A stretch of DNA of 64,000 bases from an uncultured Planctomycetota bacterium. GTDB taxonomy: Bacteria; Planctomycetota; Planctomycetia; Pirellulales; Lacipirellulaceae. The position numbers and the translations under genes were made by a program. The stretch is taken from assembly GCA_963719315.1 (NCBI GenBank), contig CAVRBU010000004.1, positions 96,001-160,000 on the forward strand, written 5' to 3'. Each line of letters begins with the position of its first letter. The first letter of the stretch is position 1. A model generated the notes under the pieces. It saw only the letters and a program-made list of their open reading frames with translations, was not told where the DNA came from and did no database searches. Shown piece after piece: positions 10,646 to 19,623 of the stretch.

Positions 10646-12856
10646 ATGCCGCGAAACAACAAGGCACGATCGCCACATCTGAGCGAGGCTGCTCTTTCAA
10701 GTACTGATCGGCCTAGGTGGCACGCCCCGGTCGGCTTGGTGCTGGTTTTGCTGACGGTCGGCTTGGTCTACCTGCCGGCCCTCAACGGCGGGATGCTCCT
10801 GGACGACGATTCGCACATCACCAAGCCGGAATTGCAATCGATCGGGGGCCTCTATCGCATTTGGTTCGAGTTGGGCGCGACGTATCAATATTACCCGTTG
10901 TTGCATAGTGCGTTCTGGTTCGAGCACAAGCTGTGGAACGACTCGGTTCTGGGTTATCACCTGGTGACTCTGCTCTGGCACATGCTGGCAGTTTCACTGG
11001 TCTATTGCATTCTCGTCAGGCTCAAAATACCCGGCGCGCTGTTGGCGGCGGCGATCTTTGCCTTGCACCCGGTGATGGTCGAGTCGGTGGCCTGGATGAG
11101 CGAGCAGAAGAACACGCTCTCGGCCGTGTTCTGCCTGAGCGCGATGCTGGTCTATCTCAAATTCGACGAGTCGCGCCAGCGATCTTATTATTTCACAGCC
11201 CTGTTGCTGTATGTGCTGGGGCTGTTGACGAAGACCGTAATAACCGCGACGTTGCCGGCCACGCTCTTAGTGGTCTTCTGGTGGCAGCGCGGAACTTTGT
11301 CGTGGAAGCAAGATGTGAAACCGCTCGCTCCGTTTTTTGTGCTTGGTGCGATGGGAGGCTTGGTAACGGCCTGGGTGGAGCGGAAGCTGATCGGCGCTGA
11401 AGGAGTCGACTTCGAATTGACATTCTTGCAGCGGGTTCTTGTGGCGGGCCGCGTCATTTGGTTCTACTTGAGCAAGCTGGTGTGGCCGGCCAATCTCGCT
11501 TTTTTCTACCCACGGTGGGACATCAATCCGAGGGAGTGGTGGCAATGGCTCTTTCCGATCGCCACGTTGGGCACGTTTGTCGGGCTGTGGGCCATGCGGC
11601 GAAGGTGGCGCGGTCCGCTGGCGGCCTGGCTGTTGTTTGTCGGCACACTCGTGCCGGTGCTCGGCTTTTTGAACGTCTACCCATTCATCTTTTCGTTCGT
11701 AGCCGACCACTTTCAGTATTTGGCCAGTCTGGCAATCATCGTCCTGTTCTCGGCCGGCATAGCGACAGGCTTGGAGCGTGCGTCGTTGCCCCTACGTCGG
11801 GCGGGGACGGCGCTGTGCATCCTGATGGTAGGCACGTTGGCCGCACTTACCTTGAGGCAGAGTCGCGTGTATGCCGATGTCGTTACGCTCTATCGAGCGA
11901 CAATCGAGCGCAACCCCGACTGTTGGGCGGCGCACAATAATTTGGGCACCATATTGTCGGCGCAGGGCCAGCGGGAAGACGCCATCGAGCATTTTCGAGC
12001 GGCCATCCGCGTCAGGCCCGATTACTTCGAGGGTCACACCAACCTCGGCACGGCGCTGGCCGCCACCGGGCAGTTGCCGGAGGCCTTCGAACATTTGCAC
12101 AAGGCCATCGAGTTGCAGCCAGAGTCGGTCGCTGCCCATAGAAATCTCGGCAACGCGCTTAGTAACGCGGGTCGCCAGGCGGAGGCGATCGACGAATATC
12201 AGGCCGCTTTAATGCTCCGGCCCGAGGATCCGCTAACCCTCAACAGCCTGGGGGCCGCACTGACTACCATCGGGCGATTGCCGCAGGCGATCGAGCACTT
12301 GCGGAACGCCGTGCGGCTCAATCCCGATTTCGCCGAGGCCCGCGGCAATCTCGGCAACGCGCTCGTGAGATCTGGGAACATTTCGGAGGGGATCGCTGAA
12401 CTTCAGAGGGCAGTCGCGCTGGAGCCTCATGATGCTTGGACGGTAAGCAACTTGGGCATCGCCCTGGCGCAAGCGGGCCGTGAAACGGAAGCCATCCAGC
12501 AGCTCAGGCGGGCCGTGCAAATCAGTCCCAGTGCTTACGCCCACAATAATCTCGGCGCCGCGCTGATGCGCAGCGGCGAGTTATCCCAAGCGATCGATCA
12601 ATATCGGGCGGCCATCCGGCTGAACCCCGATTTTGTCCAGGCTTACGCCAACCTGGCTGAGGTCTTGAAACTCTCCAACCGCTCACAAGAAGCAATTGTT
12701 ATCGCGGAAAAAGGAATCGAGATCGCCCGATCCACTGGAGACAACAGTCTCACTATGCAACTCGAGAAATGGCTGACGCAACTGCAAGCCGAACTACGAC
12801 GCGAGAACGAGGTCCAAGCTCCCCCGCAGTCGTCTCAAGTTGTGCCTGAACCATGA
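10646..12856 (+). CDS. Multi-pass membrane protein with C-terminal TPR array (TMTC-like, GT-C glycosyltransferase candidate)
   Basis: LLDDD acidic loop after TM1; FALHPVMVESVAW; ADHFQYL; many TPRs (AHNNLG, AHRNLG). Confidence 0.85.
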   Translation: MPRNNKARSPHLSEAALSSTDRPRWHAPVGLVLVLLTVGLVYLPALNGGMLLDDDSHITKPELQSIGGLYRIWFELGATYQYYPLLHSAFWFEHKLWNDSVLGYHLVTLLWHMLAVSLVYCILVRLKIPGALLAAAIFALHPVMVESVAWMSEQKNTLSAVFCLSAMLVYLKFDESRQRSYYFTALLLYVLGLLTKTVITATLPATLLVVFWWQRGTLSWKQDVKPLAPFFVLGAMGGLVTAWVERKLIGAEGVDFELTFLQRVLVAGRVIWFYLSKLVWPANLAFFYPRWDINPREWWQWLFPIATLGTFVGLWAMRRRWRGPLAAWLLFVGTLVPVLGFLNVYPFIFSFVADHFQYLASLAIIVLFSAGIATGLERASLPLRRAGTALCILMVGTLAALTLRQSRVYADVVTLYRATIERNPDCWAAHNNLGTILSAQGQREDAIEHFRAAIRVRPDYFEGHTNLGTALAATGQLPEAFEHLHKAIELQPESVAAHRNLGNALSNAGRQAEAIDEYQAALMLRPEDPLTLNSLGAALTTIGRLPQAIEHLRNAVRLNPDFAEARGNLGNALVRSGNISEGIAELQRAVALEPHDAWTVSNLGIALAQAGRETEAIQQLRRAVQISPSAYAHNNLGAALMRSGELSQAIDQYRAAIRLNPDFVQAYANLAEVLKLSNRSQEAIVIAEKGIEIARSTGDNSLTMQLEKWLTQLQAELRRENEVQAPPQSSQVVPEP

Positions 12857-12857
12857 A

Positions 12858-12926
12858 TCGAGCGACGCGGAACCCACCATGAATCACGCAGAAAAGCGGT
12901 GGGTTTCGCAACTCGACCCACCCTAC
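12858..12926. repeat. Second GTAG-type REP-like inverted pair (left copy truncated)
   Basis: Minus strand reads GTAGGGTGGGTCGAGTTGCGAAACCCACC; partial partner TCGAG...GCGGAACCCACC directly after the TPR gene stop. Confidence 0.55.
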
Positions 12927-12974
12927 AAGTACAGCAGCTTGAAACATTGCTTGGCTCTGCGTGCCGGTGGGTGA

Positions 12975-13088
12975 TGTCCTAATTTGGCACCGTTCGGACC
13001 GGAACTTTGTAGAACGGACTTCAGTCCGTACGAGAATCACGGACTGAAGTCCGTGCTACAAGGTTGTTGTGCTTCAAATATAGGACAC
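12975..13088. repeat. MITE-like element with GTAG REP pair, copy 2
   Basis: TGTCCTAA...TAGGACAC ends; internal sequence nearly identical to 28-143. Confidence 0.85.
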
Positions 13089-13094
13089 AACTAG

Positions 13095-14650
13095 CAACCT
13101 GTTGAAGAAGTTGGTATTTGGTGATTTTAGGCAGCCAACGCGAGCGGTTGGTTGATGGTTGATTTTTGTCGGCCGGTCGGCGGCGTGGGCGTCAGCAGAC
13201 GCTCCAGCGCGGCCAGGGTGTTAAACAACACAACATGCAAGGCGTCGGCAAGCCCGCCGTTCCCTTGCAGGCTCCTGGCCGTGCCGATTCCGAACAAGTG
13301 GCGCAGGACGAGGCCCAGATTGCGTGCCATGGCCGACGTCAGGTATCGCTTTCTCACTTTCTCGATACCATGCAGCCACGTTCGCCGACTGCCGCCCGTC
13401 TCGCAGACGTGGGCGAAACTCCGCTCGACCTTCTCACTCCTCTCGCGCTGTAGAGCACGTCCTCGCTTTCCTTTGACCCGGCGGCGGTTGCCCGTCACCG
13501 CCCGACGCTCTTCGTCCGCTTTGTTTTTCCAATTGCGACGATGCGCGTGCTGTGGTTCGGCGATGTACGTTCGTAGACCCTCGGTGAATTCCAATTCGGC
13601 CAGCGTCTCGTTCCCCGAGTAGCCTTTGTCCGCCACCGTCTCCTCGATGTCCGCGTCGCTGTCGGCTTGAATCAAGTTGTCTTGCGCTTGGCTGAGGCTC
13701 GGGCCGATCGTGTCCACGTCGGCCGCGTTGGCGTGATAGATCTCGGCCGCCAGGATCAGCTCCGTGTCCAGATCGACGACGTGTTCGGCCTTGTAGGCCA
13801 GATGCGTGCGGCCGTCCTTCATCCGGGTGATCCGGCTGTCTGGGTCGGTTTCGCTCTGCCATTCTTGGTTCGAGACCTTTTTGTCCTTGCGCTGGCGATC
13901 GAACCGAGCAATCTCCTCGGCTGAGGGTTCGTCGCCCGGCTCGATCTGGCCTGCTTCCTGCATCAGACGCCGAACATACTCCTGCCAGTCCTCGCCCGTG
14001 TCGCGCCTGACGATGCTCTTCATGGCCGCGTCGGCCTCCAGGGTCGTGGCGTCGACGCCCACCGTCTTGCCGGCGAGCAGGCCTTGCTGCTCAGCCACCT
14101 CGAGCACGAAGCAGAATACTTGCCGATGAACCGACAACGGCAGTCGGTCGCGGACCCGCGTCAGGCTCGAATGGTCAGGCGTCTCTTCGCCGAGCGGGAC
14201 GCCCAGAAATTCTCGCAAGCTGAGACTGTCGGCACACCGCCAGGCGATGCCCCGCTGCGAGCCGAGGCCCTCGAAGTAGCCCACCAACAGCATCCGGAAG
14301 TAGACGCCCGGCGGAATGCCGGGCCGCCCCATCGTTTCGTGGTAGTACGGCTCACAGAGCCTTTCGACGAACTCGTCGAAGCCGGCTGCTCGCAGCAATT
14401 GATTGAGCTTGCCGTAAAACACATGCCCTTCCGACCGCGGCAACTGGTCCACCGGGATCCAGAAGGACGACTGCTGCTCTTGGTTGCGGTGTCCCAACGC
14501 CATCCGTGATCTCCTCAATTCGGCTCTGCGGATGCCTGAGCAAAACAATAATCGCTCTTACACTGGCATCCACGCCAACCGCAGGCGACAATTTAGCGCC
14601 ATGCCGTCGTTAGCGAAAGTCTATCCAAAGGAGACTTCTTCAACAGGCTG
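13095..14650 (-). mobile_element. IS1182-like element
   Basis: 17-bp IR CAACCTGTTGAAGAAGT/ACTTCTTCAACAGGCTG (one mismatch); flanks CTAG and TTAG. Confidence 0.85.
13127..14503 (-). CDS. DDE transposase (IS1182/IS5-superfamily type)
   Basis: GRPGIPP; TPDHSSLTR; VGVDATTLEA; VADKGY; KVERSFA; GAGGAG RBS before ATG 14503. Confidence 0.9.
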   Translation of the reverse strand: MALGHRNQEQQSSFWIPVDQLPRSEGHVFYGKLNQLLRAAGFDEFVERLCEPYYHETMGRPGIPPGVYFRMLLVGYFEGLGSQRGIAWRCADSLSLREFLGVPLGEETPDHSSLTRVRDRLPLSVHRQVFCFVLEVAEQQGLLAGKTVGVDATTLEADAAMKSIVRRDTGEDWQEYVRRLMQEAGQIEPGDEPSAEEIARFDRQRKDKKVSNQEWQSETDPDSRITRMKDGRTHLAYKAEHVVDLDTELILAAEIYHANAADVDTIGPSLSQAQDNLIQADSDADIEETVADKGYSGNETLAELEFTEGLRTYIAEPQHAHRRNWKNKADEERRAVTGNRRRVKGKRGRALQRERSEKVERSFAHVCETGGSRRTWLHGIEKVRKRYLTSAMARNLGLVLRHLFGIGTARSLQGNGGLADALHVVLFNTLAALERLLTPTPPTGRQKSTINQPLALAA

Positions 14651-14667
14651 TTAGCCGGTGCCATTCC

Positions 14668-14696
14668 TTGACTTCTCCAGCCGAATCCCTTACATT
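14668..14696 (+). promoter_or_regulatory. Sigma70-type promoter of His-rich leader copy 2
   Basis: TTGACT-N17-TACATT followed by GCGCTT. Confidence 0.65.
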
Positions 14697-14740
14697 GCGC
14701 TTGATTTGATCCTTGTCCTGGTTTCTGTTCGCATCCTTCG

Positions 14741-15223
14741 ATGCCAGGTACGTGGCTACATCGCCTGACGACGATCTATCTCGCCGCTCTGTACGGCGTG
14801 GTCGGGCTAAGCGGCGATTCGTTGCATTACCTCGCGACGAACTTTACTAGTTTTTGGTCCGAATCCGCGTCCGATTCGGTCGAAACCGTGGTGTATTACC
14901 ATGTGCATGGTCCCGACTACCACGGGCACTTCCACCGGCACACGATCCATGTTCATCATTCTGCAACGGCGGCCGTCGATCGGGCAGCCGGCCAGTCGAA
15001 GCACCAAATCGCGGTAACCTGCGAGCAATCAGCGCATCAGCCGCACTCTTGCCCGCTGCTGCGCCTTGTTTCCACCCTTAAGTTGGTTCAGGCTGCCGGT
15101 TTAGCGGCCTCGCACTTGCTTGACTCGCTAGTCACCTCGTTGTGGCAAGCGGACGATTTAATAGCGTCCGAAGTGGTGCTCGAATCCTACGTGCGCGGCC
15201 CGCCTGCCGTTTTCTTTGCGTAG
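14741..15223 (+). CDS. His-rich leader protein ending in RGPP, copy 2
   Basis: YYHVHGPDYHGHFHRH; HQPHSCP; VRGPP five residues before the stop; 160 aa like copy 1. Confidence 0.8.
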   Translation: MPGTWLHRLTTIYLAALYGVVGLSGDSLHYLATNFTSFWSESASDSVETVVYYHVHGPDYHGHFHRHTIHVHHSATAAVDRAAGQSKHQIAVTCEQSAHQPHSCPLLRLVSTLKLVQAAGLAASHLLDSLVTSLWQADDLIASEVVLESYVRGPPAVFFA

Positions 15224-15315
15224 TTTGATCCCCCTGGCGCATCGGATCGCACGAGCATGCGTTCGTGTGGTCGGCGATGTGATTTCTATCTGGCGTTGCT
15301 GCAGCGCCTAGTACT

Positions 15316-15343
15316 CGTCCTCCGATAGACGGAGAAGGAGACG
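15316..15343 (+). promoter_or_regulatory. Anti-Shine-Dalgarno hairpin over the RBS of the DUF1559 gene
   Basis: CGTCCTCC(G) 15316-15324 can pair with CGGAG or with GGAGACG that overlaps the SD AAGGAG (15335-15340); TCGTCCTCC is also conserved at 5107-5115. Confidence 0.5.
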
Positions 15344-15345
15344 TT

Positions 15346-16251
15346 ATGTTGCGTATCCGACGGGCTTTTACGCTTGTTGAACTGTTAGTTGTGATTGCGA
15401 TCATCGGCATTCTCGTGGCGCTGTTGCTGCCCGCTATCCAAGCGGTGCGCGAGTCGGCGCGAAAATCATCGTGCCGGAATAACCTCCACCAGATTGGACT
15501 GGCGATGCAGAACTATGAATCGTCCTTCAAAAAGTTGCCGCCCGGCTACAAGTATGCCGCGGGACCACAAGGCAACGCGCTCGGTCATTCCTGGACCGAC
15601 ATGATCCTTCCGTTCATGGAATTGCAGAGCATGTACGACCAGATCAACTTCAAGCTGCCAATTTACGATCCCGTGAACGCTGCCGTCCGTGAGATTCATA
15701 TTGATTCGTTGATCTGTCCGACGGACGACGTATCGCCAACCGGCTTCGTAGAGATGGGAAACGACCGCTTCGCGATGGCATGCTATGTCGCCAACTTCGG
15801 CACACCCGACTTGGACGCGGATCAGGAGCAGAAACTCGACCCCGCGGCCCCAAATCGTCCCTGGGGTCCGTTCTACCGCAACAGCAAGACGAAGCTCAAG
15901 GATATTACGGATGGAACATCAAAGACCCTCATGTGTGGAGAGCGGCAGAACGGACCATTTCGCACCAAGGGGGCGCACGGCGTGCATATTGAATATGAAA
16001 CTACCTGGGCCGGCGCCGTGCGCGAGATTACCGACCCGACGGATGACCATGGTCACATGGTATTGTTCCAGGTGGGGCACACGCCAAATAGCGCGCTCAG
16101 CGACGACCGCGATGTGTCCGCGTCGCATTCGGGCGAAGCCCTGTTCGTAATGTGCGATGCTTCGGTGCATTCGATCAGCGAGAATATCGACGAAAAGGTC
16201 TACTTTGCGCTGGGCACGATGAACAAAGACGAGACGGTCACTGAATTCTGA
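15346..16251 (+). CDS. DUF1559 prepilin-type protein
   Basis: [63 protein letters not shown]. Confidence 0.95.
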   Translation: MLRIRRAFTLVELLVVIAIIGILVALLLPAIQAVRESARKSSCRNNLHQIGLAMQNYESSFKKLPPGYKYAAGPQGNALGHSWTDMILPFMELQSMYDQINFKLPIYDPVNAAVREIHIDSLICPTDDVSPTGFVEMGNDRFAMACYVANFGTPDLDADQEQKLDPAAPNRPWGPFYRNSKTKLKDITDGTSKTLMCGERQNGPFRTKGAHGVHIEYETTWAGAVREITDPTDDHGHMVLFQVGHTPNSALSDDRDVSASHSGEALFVMCDASVHSISENIDEKVYFALGTMNKDETVTEF

Positions 16252-16286
16252 TGGAAAGGCTCGAGCGCTGCACCCCGTTTTGAGTT

Positions 16287-16905
16287 TTACAGTCGCTTGC
16301 CCATATAGATCGTTTCATCGTCCCCTTCACCGCGCCGGCAGAGTTCGACAAACCCCAGGTTCGTGTAGAAACGGTAGGCCCGATCGTTGCTGCCGGCCAT
16401 GCCCAGGTGAACGCCTGGTACGCCTTTGGCGCGGAGGCGGTCCATCAACTCGTTCATCATCCGCTTTCCGTGGCCCTGGCGATGCTTGCGGGCCATGAGG
16501 TCGATGTGCAAGTGGGCCGGATAAACCTCGTATGGCTCGGGACAGTAATATTCGGGATTGTGATACGCGTGGTAGACGGCTTCCACGCGAGTCCAGCTAG
16601 AAGCATCGCCGCGCGGCGCGGGAAATTGCGCAAATGGCCGGGCGCCATTCCCGCTCGTAGCGGTCGTAGAAGGCTCGCGAGTCGGTCGCGCCGAAAGCGT
16701 ATCCGCATACGCCGTCTTCGTCTTCGAGCATCAGTGCCAGATCGGGCTGGAACTCCAAATACGGCCCGACGTAAATCCGCCCCAATGCGTCGGGGTCTTC
16801 GCGATAAAATGGCTCGCCGTCGTCGCCTTGGTTTCCGGTTTTCAGACATACGTAATACGCAGCGTCCCGGTCGCCGGGTCGGTAATCGCGGATGATCGTT
16901 CCCAT
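16287..16905 (-). CDS. GNAT-family N-acetyltransferase (frameshifted near 16590-16630)
   Basis: IRDYRPGD...YVGPYL; YPAHLHIDL..RQGHG; GVHLGM...NDRAYRFYTNLGF across two ORFs. Confidence 0.85.
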
Positions 16906-16923
16906 GAGTGCGCGTCTCCTTTG

Positions 16924-18280
16924 TCAACGGATGGTGCGAGTCGAGATCCTGCCTTGAGCGTCGATCGACAACTGACGCCCGAGCTTCGCCAAGATCCCGC
17001 CGCGAAACATTCCCGGCAAACAGCTTTCTAGCTCAACGCCTTCGACAATATCACTGCCTTGTTTTTTCCGAGCCAGCACCGCGTCGACGACCATCAACTC
17101 TTCTTTCAGTTCCCAGGCTCGACGGCTCCAGGCATCGAATAGTTCGCGATCGCATAGTTCGGTAAGCCGGTCGAATATGGATTGTATGCGAGCGTTCATG
17201 ACGGAGAACTCATCGAGGGCGTTTCCCCAACTTGCTACTGGATCTGTGAGCAGGCGGTTAATCAGCGCGAGCAGCCGTTCAGCTTCTGGGCCTTCCATAT
17301 GGGGCAAGTAGAAACAGTCGGCCAGCAGGATCAGATCGGCCAGGGACAATGGCCTGGTAACTGTTTCAAAACAAGGTAGCCATTCGGCGGCAGCATTTAA
17401 GTAAGCCTCGCGCGGTTTCCACTCGCCGTCGCCGCGAAGGAACGCCGCAAACGTGCGCAGCGGAATGAAGTTTAGCGGATACTCGTTGTTGGGATTGATA
17501 AAGACGCCGCGAACGGCTCGGAGCAACTTGCGCGGCCGGCCCGAATACGGACCACAGTGCTGGCGGCGGACGTCATAGTCATTGGCAAACAGGTTGTCCC
17601 AAATTAGCGGCGGGCGGCGGATGCGGCGCGAAAGCCGATCAACCGACTCGACCGGTATTTCGCCGGAGACGATTTCTGGCCCCGTCCACAGGACATCGAT
17701 TTCGGGGCTTAATAATCGGCCTACCTCATCCAAATAGCCGGCGCCGCCAAGTTGCGCGGTCCATCCGGTCGCAATACGGGGTCGGGCAAAACAGGAATCG
17801 CGCATCGGCGTCTTCGCCTCGGAGCCAGGCGAAGATCGCATCGGTCACATCGCATTGTGCAGCAGCCAACGATGGATACGCACGGCGATCATCATCGTCC
17901 ATTTTTCCGGGCAAGTCGTCGAACAAGAGGGCGAAGTGCCGCACGCCGACTTGCCGCAATTGATCGAAGCGTGACTTGATTCGGTTTCTCTCCGCCTCGT
18001 CGGAAAAGCGGATGTCCAGGCCGGGGCTGAGTCCGTAGATGAAGTTCAAGTCATATTGCCCAGAAGCTTGAACCAACTCGCGGAATGAAATCAATTCGGA
18101 ATCGCTGTACGCTTCGCGCCAGATTGCTCGATGCTTCAAGTCGTTTTTCGGCGCATAGAAGTAGGCGTTGAGGCCCTGCGCGGCCAACTGCGCGATGAGA
18201 TGCAGGCGCTGGTGGTGCGACCAAGGCCGGCCGTAAAACCCTTCGACGACGCCGCCGAGAAATTCAGGTGGGAGCATCAC
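16924..18280 (-). CDS. GH84 beta-N-acetylglucosaminidase / O-GlcNAcase-like (frameshift near 17750)
   Basis: GVVEGFYGRPWS; YAPKND; FALLFDD (catalytic DD); FCPTPYC; WTGPEIVS; IWDNLFANDYD; NPN. Confidence 0.9.
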
Positions 18281-18287
18281 ACCGACC

Positions 18288-19544
18288 TTAGGTTGATTTA
18301 CGAAGTGCTGCCGCGCCCGCCGCTACCTTGCGAATTGCCTCCCCCAGGCGGAAGATTTGTGGTTCGTCGGCGAGCAACACATTGTGCGAGATCCAAACGG
18401 CATCGCCGCAAACTTGTTCGCACACCGGACAGGACACTCCCCTGTAATCGACTCCCAGGCCGGCCAGCGGCGCCCGAATTCCATGCGGTGGCCCCACATG
18501 GGCGTTCGCAAACACACCGTTGCGATACAACGGTCGATACCATCCTTCCGACGCAGGCACACCCTCGGCTTGGAGCGCCTCGAGAAACCGCTCGCGCGAA
18601 ATGCCCAGCTCGCCTTGGTTCAGGCGAAAGATATACATGTGATAGCTTCGTCGCGTCATGCGCGGAGCCGGAGCCAGTCGGTGAATCGCCGGGATATTTG
18701 CCAGCGCTTCATCGAGCAAGGCTGCATTTCGCTGTCGGCGGGCGACATGCTCTTCCAGCCGCGCAAGTTGCGCAAGTAAGACCGCTGCTTGAAACTCCGT
18801 CATCCGGAGATTACTGCCCAGGTTGTTGTGATCGTACCACGCCGACCCCTCAGTGCGGCCGCAGTGCGTGAAGCTACGACAAAGATCGGCCAGCTCCTTA
18901 TCATCCGTCACGAGGATTCCACCTTCCCCCGCGGTGATATTCTTGGAAACCTGAAAACTGAATGTGCCGCATCGGCCGAGCGTCCCGGCGCCTCGGCCAT
19001 CGGATTGGCTACCCCAGGCGTGAGCGGCGTCTTCCAACACTGCCAGGTTGTGCTTTTTCTCCAGCTCGTTAATCCGAGCCATATCAGCGATGCGCCCGGC
19101 AACATGGACGGCAATAATGGCCCGCGTTCGCGGAGTGATTTTTCGTGCGGCATCATCCGGATCGAGACACAGCGTCTCCGGTTCGATATCGGCAAATACT
19201 GGAACGGCCCCGACGGTGACCACAGCGGACGCCGTCGCGATAAACGAATACGGTGGCACGATGACCTCGTCGCCGGCGACGACCCCCAACGCCCTGAGGG
19301 CCATTTCGATGGCCGTCGTGCCGTTGGTGCAGGTCACGCCGTACTCTGCGCCTTGAAATGCAGCAAATTCGCGCTCAAACTCTGTTACTTTCTCTCCATA
19401 CCACCATTGGCCCGAACGCAAAACCTCTAAGAGTTGGGCTTCTTCGGTTTCGTCGCGGATCGGCCAGTTCGGCCAATCGCAGTCGAAGGTGGGCGTGCCA
19501 CCAAGTAGGGCAAGACGATCCGAAGAGGAAGCAGGATGGTGCAT
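18288..19544 (-). CDS. DegT/DnrJ/EryC1/StrS (AHBA-synthase-like) PLP sugar aminotransferase
   Basis: TNGTTA; EDAAHAWG; FSFQVSKNITAGEGG (PLP lysine); GSNLRMTEFQAA. Confidence 0.93.
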   Translation of the reverse strand: MHHPASSSDRLALLGGTPTFDCDWPNWPIRDETEEAQLLEVLRSGQWWYGEKVTEFEREFAAFQGAEYGVTCTNGTTAIEMALRALGVVAGDEVIVPPYSFIATASAVVTVGAVPVFADIEPETLCLDPDDAARKITPRTRAIIAVHVAGRIADMARINELEKKHNLAVLEDAAHAWGSQSDGRGAGTLGRCGTFSFQVSKNITAGEGGILVTDDKELADLCRSFTHCGRTEGSAWYDHNNLGSNLRMTEFQAAVLLAQLARLEEHVARRQRNAALLDEALANIPAIHRLAPAPRMTRRSYHMYIFRLNQGELGISRERFLEALQAEGVPASEGWYRPLYRNGVFANAHVGPPHGIRAPLAGLGVDYRGVSCPVCEQVCGDAVWISHNVLLADEPQIFRLGEAIRKVAAGAAALRKST

Positions 19545-19623
19545 TTTTCAACCACGAAGTGGGCAGGCGAAGATCAGTCGAACAAATTATGATAGCTGCG
19601 GGCAGTTTCGGAAAGGAGGCTGT

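Noticed and set aside
10646..18280. TPR protein plus GH84 as a bacterial OGT/OGA O-GlcNAc cycling pair
   Set aside because: The TPR protein has a multi-TM GT-C-like N-terminus and no GT41 domain, and it is not in the GH84 operon
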